DNA of 64,000 nucleotides from Candidatus Zixiibacteriota bacterium (GTDB lineage Bacteria; Zixibacteria; MSB-5A5; JAABVY01): NCBI GenBank assembly GCA_014728145.1, contig WJMC01000062.1, positions 558 to 64,557 of the forward strand, read 5' to 3'. Shown piece by piece: positions 17,775 to 26,685 of this stretch (position 1 is its first letter; each line of letters starts with the position of its first letter). The notes under the pieces were generated by a model. It saw only the letters and a program-made list of their open reading frames with translations, ran no database searches and was not told where the DNA came from. The position numbers and the translations under genes were made by a program.

Positions 17775-19268
17775 TTATTCTTCGCTATCAATGGACAGAG
17801 CCACCGAACGGCTCCAGCCGTACTCGTGGATCTGGAACAGAATTTTATTTTGATATATTTGTACAACGTATCCGTTTTTGACTTTGTCACCGTCCTGGAC
17901 GATATATCCGTAACCTTCCATATCTTCCAGAAGCGCCAGCGAACCGCGATCGCCCTTCAGGATGCCTACAAGCCTCAAAGTTTCGACATCCGGCAGGCCT
18001 CCTGACTGGAAACCTGAGGCGGACTTTGAGACCAGTGGCATGAACGGGTCACGCCGGCCGAATGAGCGGTACTTGACGATCTCACGTGTCGGCAGGGCGG
18101 CCGCCAGAGTTCCCTTGGTCTTGGGCGGGCGGTCGGGATTTTTGCGCATATCCTTGCTGTCGGATTTCTGTTTGTCACCTTCTTCGGGCTGTTCCTCGCT
18201 CTCATTTTTTGCTGGGGGCTGTTTGACAGGCGAGGTTGGCTTCCGGAATTTATTTTTTCCCGGCAGTACGGGACTGACCGGCTGGCTGTCAGAGAGCTCC
18301 TGTTTTTCCAAAGCTTCGCTGTCGGTTTTCTTTTCATCGACCTTCTTCGAGGGTGAAGCCTGCCTGGCTTTCTCCTGTTTTTTCTGAACTGTTTTTTGGG
18401 TCTCGCTTTTAACTGTCGGAGCCTGTTTTTTATCAGCTTTTGCGGAAGCGTCAGCATATGTTTTTGGCTGAGTTTTCTTCTCGCTCACTGTTGTTTTCTC
18501 TGAATCCTGTTTGTCTTTCTCGTCGGAGTTTTTAAGCTGAGCCAGTTTTTCTTTCAGGCTGTTTCGCTCCTGAGCGGACAGACCGACTTCGGATGTCCGG
18601 CCGGATTTAGTTTCCGTGTCCGCGGTCACTTCTTTGACTTCACGAGGCTTGAACCCTTTGGCCTTGTCCTCAGTGGCCTTGATCTCACCTGTTTTCGGAG
18701 GCTTGAAACCTTTGGCCGGTGCCTGGCTGTCGTTATCCGCAAGCACCTCATCCGGATCCACTCCTGGTTCGATTTTCTCTTTGCCCTCCGGTTCGGCCAG
18801 GGCCAGTTTAATCTTTTCCGACTCCGTAAGAGGCTGGGCACACCAGAACTGAAATTCCTTTTCATCGGGGACGGCGAACACCAGTGTAACCCTTTTCTGC
18901 GACTGGCGAACCATATATGTTACCGGGCGGTTGACATCCGCCACGATCCTGACCACCTTTTCGGGGTTGACCTGGAACTGGCTGGTACGCACCGCGTCGA
19001 TCGTCTCGGTCGGCAGTTCACGGTAGTTGAACTGCGGCAGTTTGTGGAGACAGTCCTTGAGGTCCAGAATAACCCTAAACGGTTTGCCCGCTTTGGCTTC
19101 TACGATTGAATGTGAATATACAAAGGGACCGTCGGTGTAAACGGTCAGCTCGACAAACTCGCCCTGTTTTTTGAGGCTTATATTCTCGACATGAGATTCA
19201 GCCTGGGCCGAGAAAGATAACGCGACAGTCAATGCCAGCGCGCATATAATAACTGAACCAATTCTCAT
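17775..19268 (-). CDS. pilP: PilP-like pilus assembly protein with an N-terminal AMIN domain and a ~250-aa K/E/S/P-rich disordered linker
   Basis: Carries a signal peptide. The N-terminal block (...VELTVYTDGPFVYSHSIVEAKAGKPFRVILDLKD...VRIVADVNRPVTYMV...TLVFAV) is AMIN-like. The C-terminus (RDPFMPLV...LRLVGILKGDRGSLALLED...GYIVQDGDKV) matches the PilP hallmark. Confidence 0.6.
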   Translation of the reverse strand: MRIGSVIICALALTVALSFSAQAESHVENISLKKQGEFVELTVYTDGPFVYSHSIVEAKAGKPFRVILDLKDCLHKLPQFNYRELPTETIDAVRTSQFQVNPEKVVRIVADVNRPVTYMVRQSQKRVTLVFAVPDEKEFQFWCAQPLTESEKIKLALAEPEGKEKIEPGVDPDEVLADNDSQAPAKGFKPPKTGEIKATEDKAKGFKPREVKEVTADTETKSGRTSEVGLSAQERNSLKEKLAQLKNSDEKDKQDSEKTTVSEKKTQPKTYADASAKADKKQAPTVKSETQKTVQKKQEKARQASPSKKVDEKKTDSEALEKQELSDSQPVSPVLPGKNKFRKPTSPVKQPPAKNESEEQPEEGDKQKSDSKDMRKNPDRPPKTKGTLAAALPTREIVKYRSFGRRDPFMPLVSKSASGFQSGGLPDVETLRLVGILKGDRGSLALLEDMEGYGYIVQDGDKVKNGYVVQIYQNKILFQIHEYGWSRSVALSIDSEE

Positions 19269-19278
19269 AGCACCCTAC

Positions 19279-19881
19279 CTATGGTTGTAACCCCACCAGC
19301 CTGTCACTCTCTTTGACGTAATATGTAGAGAGTTTGAAATCGGCTTCCAGGGTAAGCACATCGAAATCCGACATCTTATCATTTTTGAGAGAGCTGGGAT
19401 CCAGCCCCCGCACCGAGATATCCGCGACATTGGTGATAAACGGGAAGTTTGCCACCGATGCCAGGAACTCTCCGAATTCATGAAAAGTCCCGGTGAACTT
19501 GATATCATAGTCGTCGATTTTGTAAAAGTCTTTGCTGCGGCTCGCTACCGGTCTGATCTCGACCACACGCGACTGAGTGCGGATCGAGGCTGTATGCAAC
19601 TGCATCAGAAAACGGGCCACCTGCTTCTTATCCGGCAAGAGCATTTCGACTTTGTCATAGCGCGCCAGAAGTTCCTGGTACTCCTCCTGCAGTCCCTTGA
19701 GCGACTTGGCCTTCAACTCGACCTGTTTGAGTTCGGTCAGAATCCGTTCGTGCTCGTTTTGTTTTTGCGTGAGTTCTTCCTGGTAATTAGAATAGAACCG
19801 CGAGTGCCAGAACAAAACCAGTACAATCATGACCAGCGCGACTATTGCGATTTTATGCAGCCGGGGATCCTTAATGTCCAT
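19279..19881 (-). CDS. pilO: Type IV pilus assembly protein PilO (transmembrane helix plus coiled coil)
   Basis: The N-terminal membrane helix, coiled-coil region and position between pilN and pilP fit PilO. Confidence 0.65.
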   Translation of the reverse strand: MDIKDPRLHKIAIVALVMIVLVLFWHSRFYSNYQEELTQKQNEHERILTELKQVELKAKSLKGLQEEYQELLARYDKVEMLLPDKKQVARFLMQLHTASIRTQSRVVEIRPVASRSKDFYKIDDYDIKFTGTFHEFGEFLASVANFPFITNVADISVRGLDPSSLKNDKMSDFDVLTLEADFKLSTYYVKESDRLVGLQP

Positions 19882-19896
19882 TCTTCCTCCGCATCC

Positions 19897-20589
19897 TTAT
19901 TTGTCAGCCAGCGGACTGGTAAATGTCTTTTCCGGCTGATAGTTCTCCCTCAGCCAGGCATCCCGATTTATCTTACATTCTATCTTGAAGTTATAGGCGG
20001 ATATCTCCCCGACATTCTCCTGTCTGGCATAGGCCAGGCTGACATCCTCGAGGTAATCCGATTTCATCATAGACACTATAAAAGAGGCTATGCTGTTGAG
20101 CGTGTAGGCGAAGCCCTCGATACGGGTGATCTTCTCAACAGGTTTGGCCGGCAGAGAATCCTGAGCGGTGTTGATTCCCCCGCGCGGTTTGCGCTTCTTG
20201 GATTTATCTTCCTTGGGCGCTTCCTCGGCAAACCCGGTCAGCCACATCATCTCCGGCACCCGTGAGGCCAAATCCTCCAGTATCGAGACCCACATACCGC
20301 GGTTGCCGTCGAGTTCCTCGATCGCGTTCATACGTGTCAGAAGCTTCTGCTTGAGTTCCGTCAAACCATCGATCAGCTTGATATCCTCATTGAGCGCCAT
20401 GCGCTGTTTGCGTACCGAGGTGATCTTCTTGTCGAGTTCGGTAATCTGGTGCTTCTTCTGATAAGTCAGTCCTACGAGAATCAAAAAGACAATGCAGACA
20501 GCACCGCCGACATACATCCATTTGCGGTCCAGATGAAATGGTGTCGCCCGCTTGCGATATTCCCTTGGAAGTAGATTTACCTCTATCAT
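19897..20589 (-). CDS. pilN: Type IV pilus assembly protein PilN
   Basis: Has the MIEVNLLPREYRK start, one transmembrane helix, and an ORF abutting pilM. Confidence 0.7.
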   Translation of the reverse strand: MIEVNLLPREYRKRATPFHLDRKWMYVGGAVCIVFLILVGLTYQKKHQITELDKKITSVRKQRMALNEDIKLIDGLTELKQKLLTRMNAIEELDGNRGMWVSILEDLASRVPEMMWLTGFAEEAPKEDKSKKRKPRGGINTAQDSLPAKPVEKITRIEGFAYTLNSIASFIVSMMKSDYLEDVSLAYARQENVGEISAYNFKIECKINRDAWLRENYQPEKTFTSPLADK

Positions 20590-20590
20590 C

Positions 20591-21643
20591 CTATTTCACC
20601 TTTCTGGCTGCCAGCCCTATAGCCACCGACAGAAGCGGTGCGATCTTTTCCGGCTGAATGGAGCTGAACATATCCGGATCGTATTCAATGTTCCGAAGCG
20701 GGTTAGCAATCTCGATCGGGATATTGAGCTTGGTTTGCACGAATTCCGGCAGATACGGAATCAGGGCACCTCCGCCGGAAAGGATGATCCAGTCGATATT
20801 GGGCACCTTTGTAACCGATTTAAAATACGAGAAACCGAGTTCGAGTCCGGTCAGAAGTTCTTCGGTGGATGTGATAATCGTAGCCTTGAGCATATCCTGG
20901 TCGATCGAGGCCTCCATCTCACCGCGAATAGCCTTGTGGGTTAGTTCCTGGTTGAGCCTGAATTCCTTCTGGATAGCATCGAAAACCAGTCGTCCGCCCG
21001 CGGCGATATCGCGGGTGCTGTGGTACTTGCCGTCCTTAATGAAAGTGATATTGGTAGTATCGTAGCCTATATTCACGAGTGCGGTAACACGGTCGGGATC
21101 GATTTCATAGTTGAGTTCGTAGGAGTTCAGAATCGCGAAGGCGTCGGTGTCAACAATAACCGGTTTAAGCCCGGCGTCATTGATGATCTCCAGGATGTTG
21201 TTCAGAAACTCGTTGCGGGCCGCCACCAAAAGGACATCCATCTTGTTGGTTTCCTCGTTGACGTCGATGACATAATAATCCAGGGTAACATCTTCGACAT
21301 CAAACGGCGAACGCTGTTCGGCTTCGAACAGGATTGCCTGTTCCGCCTCGGCCCCGGTTTTGCGTTCGATGGTAATTCGATCCGTGATCACACCATGGCC
21401 CGAAATCGAGATCACCACATGCTTGGCCTTTGCATCGGTCTGTTCGATCAAAGACTGCAGATTGAAGACAATTGAATCACGATCCTTGATCTCTTCGGCG
21501 ACCAGAGCTTCAACCGGCAGGTCACGCACACCCATGGCTTTCACGGCATAGTTTCCGGCCCGGGACTCAAGCTTTATCATCTTGATTGAAGAAGCTCCGA
21601 TATCGAGGCCGGTGACTACGGCATTCTTGGATGGGAACAGCAT
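20591..21643 (-). CDS. pilM: Type IV pilus assembly ATPase-like protein PilM (actin/FtsA fold)
   Basis: Carries ...VTGLDIGASSIKMIKL...; its length and operon position also fit. Confidence 0.85.
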   Translation of the reverse strand: MLFPSKNAVVTGLDIGASSIKMIKLESRAGNYAVKAMGVRDLPVEALVAEEIKDRDSIVFNLQSLIEQTDAKAKHVVISISGHGVITDRITIERKTGAEAEQAILFEAEQRSPFDVEDVTLDYYVIDVNEETNKMDVLLVAARNEFLNNILEIINDAGLKPVIVDTDAFAILNSYELNYEIDPDRVTALVNIGYDTTNITFIKDGKYHSTRDIAAGGRLVFDAIQKEFRLNQELTHKAIRGEMEASIDQDMLKATIITSTEELLTGLELGFSYFKSVTKVPNIDWIILSGGGALIPYLPEFVQTKLNIPIEIANPLRNIEYDPDMFSSIQPEKIAPLLSVAIGLAARKVK

Positions 21644-21802
21644 AAATCCTATCCCATTTAAGTGTTTATTTCATTCTGTTAAGTCGTTATGGGGGGCTAT
21701 CCCCATAGGTGTAAAACCATACTCTAAACTAACTCTTTCTCAGGCTACAGTTTTATTATCGTCTCACTTTTGAAAAAATTAATTTTTTTATTGAGCTTTT
21801 CG

Positions 21803-21833
21803 AAAAAAAACACCCCCCATGAAACGGGGGGCG
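21803..21833 (-). terminator. Rho-independent terminator downstream of the pilin gene
   Basis: On the minus strand a CCCCCC/GGGGGG hairpin is followed by a U8 run, 40 nt after the pilin stop. Confidence 0.7.
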
Positions 21834-21878
21834 TTTCTGCATCGAGAGCAAAGGAGGGAAAGCTGAATTGAAACTGAG

Positions 21879-22382
21879 CTAATACACTAATGAATCGAGC
21901 CTTACACGGCCTGTCGCGGCCAGAACCGAAATCTGCATGGAGGCCTGCAACCCGTCCCAGTAAGCCGAACCGGTGACATTGCCCGAGGACGACGCGCGTC
22001 CATCCGGGAAGAAAAAGATGTTGTCATCGGTAAAAGTCGTCATCAGAGACTGCATACCCTGCACCAATGTGTCCTGGAAAATGACGGAATCACCGGCATC
22101 GAATGTGAAATTGCCCGGTGAAACCTCATCCCGGAAGACGGTCATGACATTGCCGGTGGCATCTATATTGACGCCATGCTGAATCTTTTTGGCGACAGCG
22201 TTGGAACGGGCCATTCGAAGACCGGCTAAGACCGTATTAGAGGCCGATTTGAATCGCACCTTCTTGACCGCGTTATCGAAATTTGGCATCGCCAGAGCGG
22301 CGATTATGCCGATCATGACCATCACCGTCAGCATCTCGATTAATGTAAACCCGTTTTTTCGATGTACTTTCTTCATAGGCAT
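21879..22382 (-). CDS. Type IV pilin / prepilin-type N-terminal cleavage-methylation domain protein
   Basis: MPMKKVHRKNG|FTLIEMLTVMVMIGIIAALAMPNF is a class III signal with Gly-1/Phe+1/Glu+5. Confidence 0.8.
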   Translation of the reverse strand: MPMKKVHRKNGFTLIEMLTVMVMIGIIAALAMPNFDNAVKKVRFKSASNTVLAGLRMARSNAVAKKIQHGVNIDATGNVMTVFRDEVSPGNFTFDAGDSVIFQDTLVQGMQSLMTTFTDDNIFFFPDGRASSSGNVTGSAYWDGLQASMQISVLAATGRVRLDSLVY

Positions 22383-22415
22383 CTGTCCGTTTTGAATTGT
22401 TTACCCGAGTTTATC

Positions 22416-22430
22416 GCAAAGTCTGTGCCA
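22416..22430 (-). promoter_or_regulatory. Sigma-54 (RpoN) -24/-12 promoter for the pilin gene
   Basis: The minus strand reads TGGCAC-agact-TTGC, the exact GG-N10-GC spacing. Its -12 element is ~34 nt upstream of the ATG. Confidence 0.55.
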
Positions 22431-22659
22431 GAATTATAGCTTTCCACTAATTACATACCTCAAGATATTGCAGTTCATGCGATTATATGGTTAACCAGAA
22501 GTTTGACAGATATTCAAAACCTTGCCAAATCCGGCTGTTTTTTCGATTTTTCACAACAAGGTATGGGAGAAATCCCATAGCTGAAATCTATTGACAAATC
22601 AGTGTAAAATACTATTTTATGGCTATACTTACCGCTTCCCCTGAAAGGAGTTGAAGGGC

Positions 22660-24372
22660 ATGAAAATTAATTCTTTTGTAATTATCGCGACAATTTTTAT
22701 CACCTTTTGTGGCAATCTGGCTGGAGCTGATTACAGGCTTCCGGATAAATTCATTCTGGATAAAGAGACTCCGGTTCTGTCCGTTCGGGCCGAAAATTAC
22801 CTGACCCGGAAAGCGGATGATGGTGAAGTCAAAATCTGGGTTTATTTTACCGATAAGGGAATTTTTAACGAAAACCAACTGGCACAAGCGGCGGATCGTC
22901 AGGTGCAGGCGATGACCGATAAAGCCCTCCAGCGCAGGGCCAAAAACGACGTTATGGAGATCCGCTTAAATGACCTTTCGGTGGAGCAGTCCTACATCGA
23001 GCAGGTCGAAGCGATAGGGCCGAAACTGCGCCGTGTTTCCAGATGGATCAACGCCGCCAGCTTCACCACCACGCCCGACAAACTGGAACAGGTGGCTGAA
23101 CTTCCGTTCGTGCGCAAGATCGATCCGGTGGCTACTTATGTGCGCCCCAATCCGGTCGAACAGCCTGTACCATCACAGGATATGAGCGGTTCGGAACAGG
23201 GCCAGAGAAGCTACAATTACGGCGATTCTTACGATCAACTCGAACAGATCAACACGATTGAAGCCCATGACAGCGGTTACACCGGTCTCCAGGTCTGGGT
23301 GGCGATGTTCGATACGGGATTCCGCAAGAGCCACAATGTCTTCAGTTTCATCATGCTGACCGGCAGGCTGGAGGCAGAATGGGATTTCGTCTTCGATGAC
23401 GGCGAAACCTCCAATGAACCGGAAGACAATTCCTCGGCCTGGGATCATGGTACCTACACCTGGTCGACTCTCGGTGGCGGCCTGAGCAACAACCATTACG
23501 GCCCGGCGTTTAATGCCCGCTTCGTGCTCTGCAAAACCGAGGATGTGCGTTCGGAGACAGAGGTCGAAGAGGATAACTGGGTTGCGGCAATCGAATGGGT
23601 GGACTCGATCGGTGTCGATATTGTCTCTTCCTCTTTGGGCTACACCGACTGGTACCAGCAGTCCGATTTCGACGGCAACACCTGTGTGACGACTATTGCA
23701 GCTGACTACGCCGCCTCGGTGGGGATCCTGGTGGTCAATGCCGCCGGCAACGAGGGATCCGGCAGTTCGACCTTGATCGCTCCTGCTGATGCCGACAGCA
23801 TCCTGACTGTCGGGGCGGTCAATTCCTCGGGCAGTATAGCCTATTTCTCATCACGCGGACCGACCGCCGATGGCCGGATTAAACCGGAAGTTTGCGCCCG
23901 GGGGGTCTCGACCCATTGTGCCGGAAGTTACAGTGATTCATATTTCACATCTGTCAACGGCACCTCGCTGTCGACACCTCTGGTAGGCGGAGCGGCGGCC
24001 CAGGTGATGCAGGCTCATCCGGACTGGACTGTGATGCAGGTGCGGGAGGCCTTGATGATGACTGCAGATAATGCCGATACCCCGAACAACACTTATGGCT
24101 GGGGCATCATTGATGTCACCGCGGCGATCGAGTACACATTCGAACCACCGCCGGATTATATGCAGGGAGACGCCAACTACGACTCGTTATTCAATGTCAC
24201 TGATGCTGTCTATATTATCAACTATACTTTAGCGAGCGGTCCCGCGCCGGAACCTGTGGTTGACGCAGGTGATGCCAACGATGACGGTGCAGTGGATATA
24301 TCCGACGCGGCTTACCTGATTAACTGGATTTTCGTGCCCGGTTCTCCCCCGCCTCCGGGTTATGTAGAATAG
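22660..24372 (+). CDS. Secreted subtilisin-family (S8) serine peptidase with a C-terminal dockerin module
   Basis: An AAAGGAG RBS precedes the start. The track ORF begins at a TTG at 22651. Carries a signal peptide. The catalytic D (MFDTGF), H (DHGTYT) and S (GTSLSTPLV) are present. The C-terminal dockerin loops read GDANYDSLFNVTDAVYIINYTL and GDANDDGAVDISDAAYLINWIF. Confidence 0.85.
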   Translation: MKINSFVIIATIFITFCGNLAGADYRLPDKFILDKETPVLSVRAENYLTRKADDGEVKIWVYFTDKGIFNENQLAQAADRQVQAMTDKALQRRAKNDVMEIRLNDLSVEQSYIEQVEAIGPKLRRVSRWINAASFTTTPDKLEQVAELPFVRKIDPVATYVRPNPVEQPVPSQDMSGSEQGQRSYNYGDSYDQLEQINTIEAHDSGYTGLQVWVAMFDTGFRKSHNVFSFIMLTGRLEAEWDFVFDDGETSNEPEDNSSAWDHGTYTWSTLGGGLSNNHYGPAFNARFVLCKTEDVRSETEVEEDNWVAAIEWVDSIGVDIVSSSLGYTDWYQQSDFDGNTCVTTIAADYAASVGILVVNAAGNEGSGSSTLIAPADADSILTVGAVNSSGSIAYFSSRGPTADGRIKPEVCARGVSTHCAGSYSDSYFTSVNGTSLSTPLVGGAAAQVMQAHPDWTVMQVREALMMTADNADTPNNTYGWGIIDVTAAIEYTFEPPPDYMQGDANYDSLFNVTDAVYIINYTLASGPAPEPVVDAGDANDDGAVDISDAAYLINWIFVPGSPPPPGYVE

Positions 24373-24394
24373 CTTGGTACGTAATTAAAAACTT

Positions 24395-24422
24395 AAGGCG
24401 GCTTTTCAGCCGCCTTTTTTCT
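24395..24422. terminator. Bidirectional rho-independent terminator between the convergent S8 and NtrC-family genes
   Basis: An AAGGCGGC-ttttca-GCCGCCTT hairpin is followed by T6. Confidence 0.7.
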
Positions 24423-24505
24423 GCCAATAAAAAAATCAGGCGGATTTCACAATCGACCTGATTCTACTCATAGCCTGAAAACTTCTTTAGTTGGGAAGTT
24501 AATCC

Positions 24506-25879
24506 CTATATTTCCTTATTCGGATCGATCTTGTATTTCTTTATCTTTTCGAATAAAGTTGTGTAATCAATCTTTAACGCTTCCGATGCTTTGCGCTTGT
24601 TTCCACGGGTTTGCGAAAGCACCCTGATTATAAGCGCGCGTTCAGCTTGCATTTGCGCATGCTGCCCCACCTCGCGCAGACCGGCACCTTCTCTGAGACG
24701 AATTTCCTCAGGTGTCTGGATCCTGATTGCCAGATGTTCCGGCTTGATCCGCTTGCCTTCGCAGAGGATGATAGCCCGTTCGACAGTATTCTCGAGCTCG
24801 CGCACATTGCCCGGCCAGTGATAGCGTTGCATCAGGTTCAAAGCGTCACGGGAAACCTTTTTAGCCGGTTTCTTCATCTCCTTGCAGAATCGGTCGACGA
24901 AGTACTCCGCCAGTGGCTGGATATCCTCGTAACGTTCCCGCAGGGGTGGAATAGTGATCGGAAATACCGACAGGCGGTAGTACAAATCCTCGCGGAACTT
25001 CTTCTTCTCGATTGCATCCTGGAGGTCCATGTTGGTAGCCGCGACTACCCTGACATTGACTGAAACGGTCTGGGTTCCACCCAGTCTCTCGAACTGCTTT
25101 TCCTGCAGAACCCTGAGAATTTTAGCCTGAAGCGATATATGCAGATCCCCGATTTCATCCAGGAAAATAGTACCGCCGTCGGCAACCTCGAACTTACCCA
25201 CGTGACGGGCGTGCGAGGATGTAAACGCGCCTTTTTCCGATCCAAACAGCTCGTTTTCCAGGAGCTCGCTCGGGATCGCGGCTGAATTTATAGCCACAAA
25301 CGGTTTTTCCGCCCGATGAGAAACCTGGTGGATCGCCCGCGCAAAGAGTTCCTTGCCGGTGCCAGATTCCCCGATCAGGAGCACCGAGGTGTCCGAACCT
25401 GCGACTTTCTGGATCAGCTTGAGAACATCTTTGATCTTGGGCGAGGTGCCGATGATCTTTCCCTCTCCGAGATTCATCTTGAGAGCTTCCTTGAGAAGCA
25501 GGTTCTCGTTGCGTAGTTCCTGGTTCTCCACCGCCCGATTGATCATAACATTGAGATGATCGGTGTCGAACGGTTTGGTAAGAAAATCGAACGCGCCCCG
25601 CTTCATCGCCTCCACCGCAGTTTCGATCGTGCCATAGGCAGTCATGACGATCACCGAAGCATCCGGATTCTCCTCCTTGACCGCCGACAGTACCGAGATA
25701 CCGTCCATATCAGGCATCTTGAGGTCGGTCAGGACAACATCGTAACGCTGTTTTTTCGAGAGCTCGATTCCCTCCAGACCATTGGCCGCCGCGTTGACTT
25801 CATGCCCTTCGGCAGAAAGGGTCTGCAACAGCATTTTACGGATCGAGTCTTTGTCGTCGATTACAAGTACTGACGGCAT
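24506..25879 (-). CDS. Sigma-54-dependent response regulator (NtrC/PilR family: REC + AAA+ + Fis-type HTH)
   Basis: The likely start is MPSVLVIDD. The track ORF starts at a TTG at 25981. Walker A is GESGTGKELFARAIH. A C-terminal HTH is present. Confidence 0.85.
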   Translation of the reverse strand: MPSVLVIDDKDSIRKMLLQTLSAEGHEVNAAANGLEGIELSKKQRYDVVLTDLKMPDMDGISVLSAVKEENPDASVIVMTAYGTIETAVEAMKRGAFDFLTKPFDTDHLNVMINRAVENQELRNENLLLKEALKMNLGEGKIIGTSPKIKDVLKLIQKVAGSDTSVLLIGESGTGKELFARAIHQVSHRAEKPFVAINSAAIPSELLENELFGSEKGAFTSSHARHVGKFEVADGGTIFLDEIGDLHISLQAKILRVLQEKQFERLGGTQTVSVNVRVVAATNMDLQDAIEKKKFREDLYYRLSVFPITIPPLRERYEDIQPLAEYFVDRFCKEMKKPAKKVSRDALNLMQRYHWPGNVRELENTVERAIILCEGKRIKPEHLAIRIQTPEEIRLREGAGLREVGQHAQMQAERALIIRVLSQTRGNKRKASEALKIDYTTLFEKIKKYKIDPNKEI

Positions 25880-26114
25880 ACTCACCCTCTGGATGATTGT
25901 TTCAGGGACTATTGACTCATGTTTATTATCGACAAAAACAGGATATCTTGAACCTAAATTATTTATTAAACCGCCCGGCAAGCTTCTACGCAGTTTCGAC
26001 CGGCTGGGCTGATACTCGAGAATAATTTATATTTTTGCCCCGATCTGTTGCTTGATTTATTAAGAAATAGGACTATCTTTACAGGTAAATAATATTCAAT
26101 TTTCGGGAGGAAAG

Positions 26115-26630
26115 ATGTATTTCAAGCTTATCACTATATGCCTTTCATTGCTGTTAGTATTCAGCGCCTGCCAGGGAGGTGACAACGAGGCCACTGCTGA
26201 AAGCAAGACCGAGGATCAGCAGTCTGACTCTGAAATGATCCGTTATACAATCCTCAAGAAAGGTTTCAATTCGGAGATCAAGGAAGGCGGGGACCTGGTA
26301 ATCAAAAATGAAGCAGAGTTTGACACCCTCTGGAGAGACCTGCACGCCAATATCAGTATTATGCCCGAGAGACCGGAGATCGATTTCGAGCAGGAGATGC
26401 TGGTCGCGGTTTTCATGGGCGAGATGCCCTCGACCGGTTACTGGGTTCACCTCGATACAATCTATGCCACCGACAAAAACCTGATTGTACAGGCAACGAC
26501 CAACACCTCTCCGGATTCCACCTCAGAGATTTTCGATATCCCGACCCAGCCATTTTTCATCGCGGTCGTGGATAAAACCGATCTCCCGGTCCAGTTCGAT
26601 TTCCGATCGGCTGAAGACGGGCCTCGTTAA
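26115..26630 (+). CDS. Lipoprotein with a PrcB-C-like domain
   Basis: Lipobox LVFSAC. The C-terminal ...VAVFMGEMPSTGYWVHLDTIYATDKNLIV...PFFIAVVDK resembles the PrcB C-terminal domain. Confidence 0.45.
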   Translation: MYFKLITICLSLLLVFSACQGGDNEATAESKTEDQQSDSEMIRYTILKKGFNSEIKEGGDLVIKNEAEFDTLWRDLHANISIMPERPEIDFEQEMLVAVFMGEMPSTGYWVHLDTIYATDKNLIVQATTNTSPDSTSEIFDIPTQPFFIAVVDKTDLPVQFDFRSAEDGPR

Positions 26631-26656
26631 GGAAAATATTAAACTGGGCAAGCACA

Positions 26657-26685
26657 AACCCCGGTCAAAGCCGGGGTTTTTTATG
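26657..26685. terminator. Hairpin terminator shared by the convergent lipoprotein and nuclease genes
   Basis: An AAACCCCGG-tcaaag-CCGGGGTTT hairpin is followed by TTTTTAT. It abuts the nuclease stop codon. Confidence 0.6.

Noticed and set aside
17900..18900. Low-complexity K/E/S/P-rich DNA resembling a repeat array
   Set aside because: It is in frame within the PilP-like ORF and has no regular repeat-spacer periodicity. It is coding low complexity, not CRISPR.
24506..25879. Calling the NtrC-family regulator pilR
   Set aside because: No pilS-like kinase is adjacent and the regulator is separated from the pilin by another gene. Specific orthology cannot be established from sequence alone.
25880..25981. 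The longer TTG- or GTG-initiated starts given by the ORF track (also 29786, 55012, 58991, 22651, 12241, 16440)
   Set aside because: In each case an internal ATG, or a GTG for the M1 peptidase, is preceded by a GGAGG-type RBS and begins a signal peptide or a domain. I took that downstream start as more likely.
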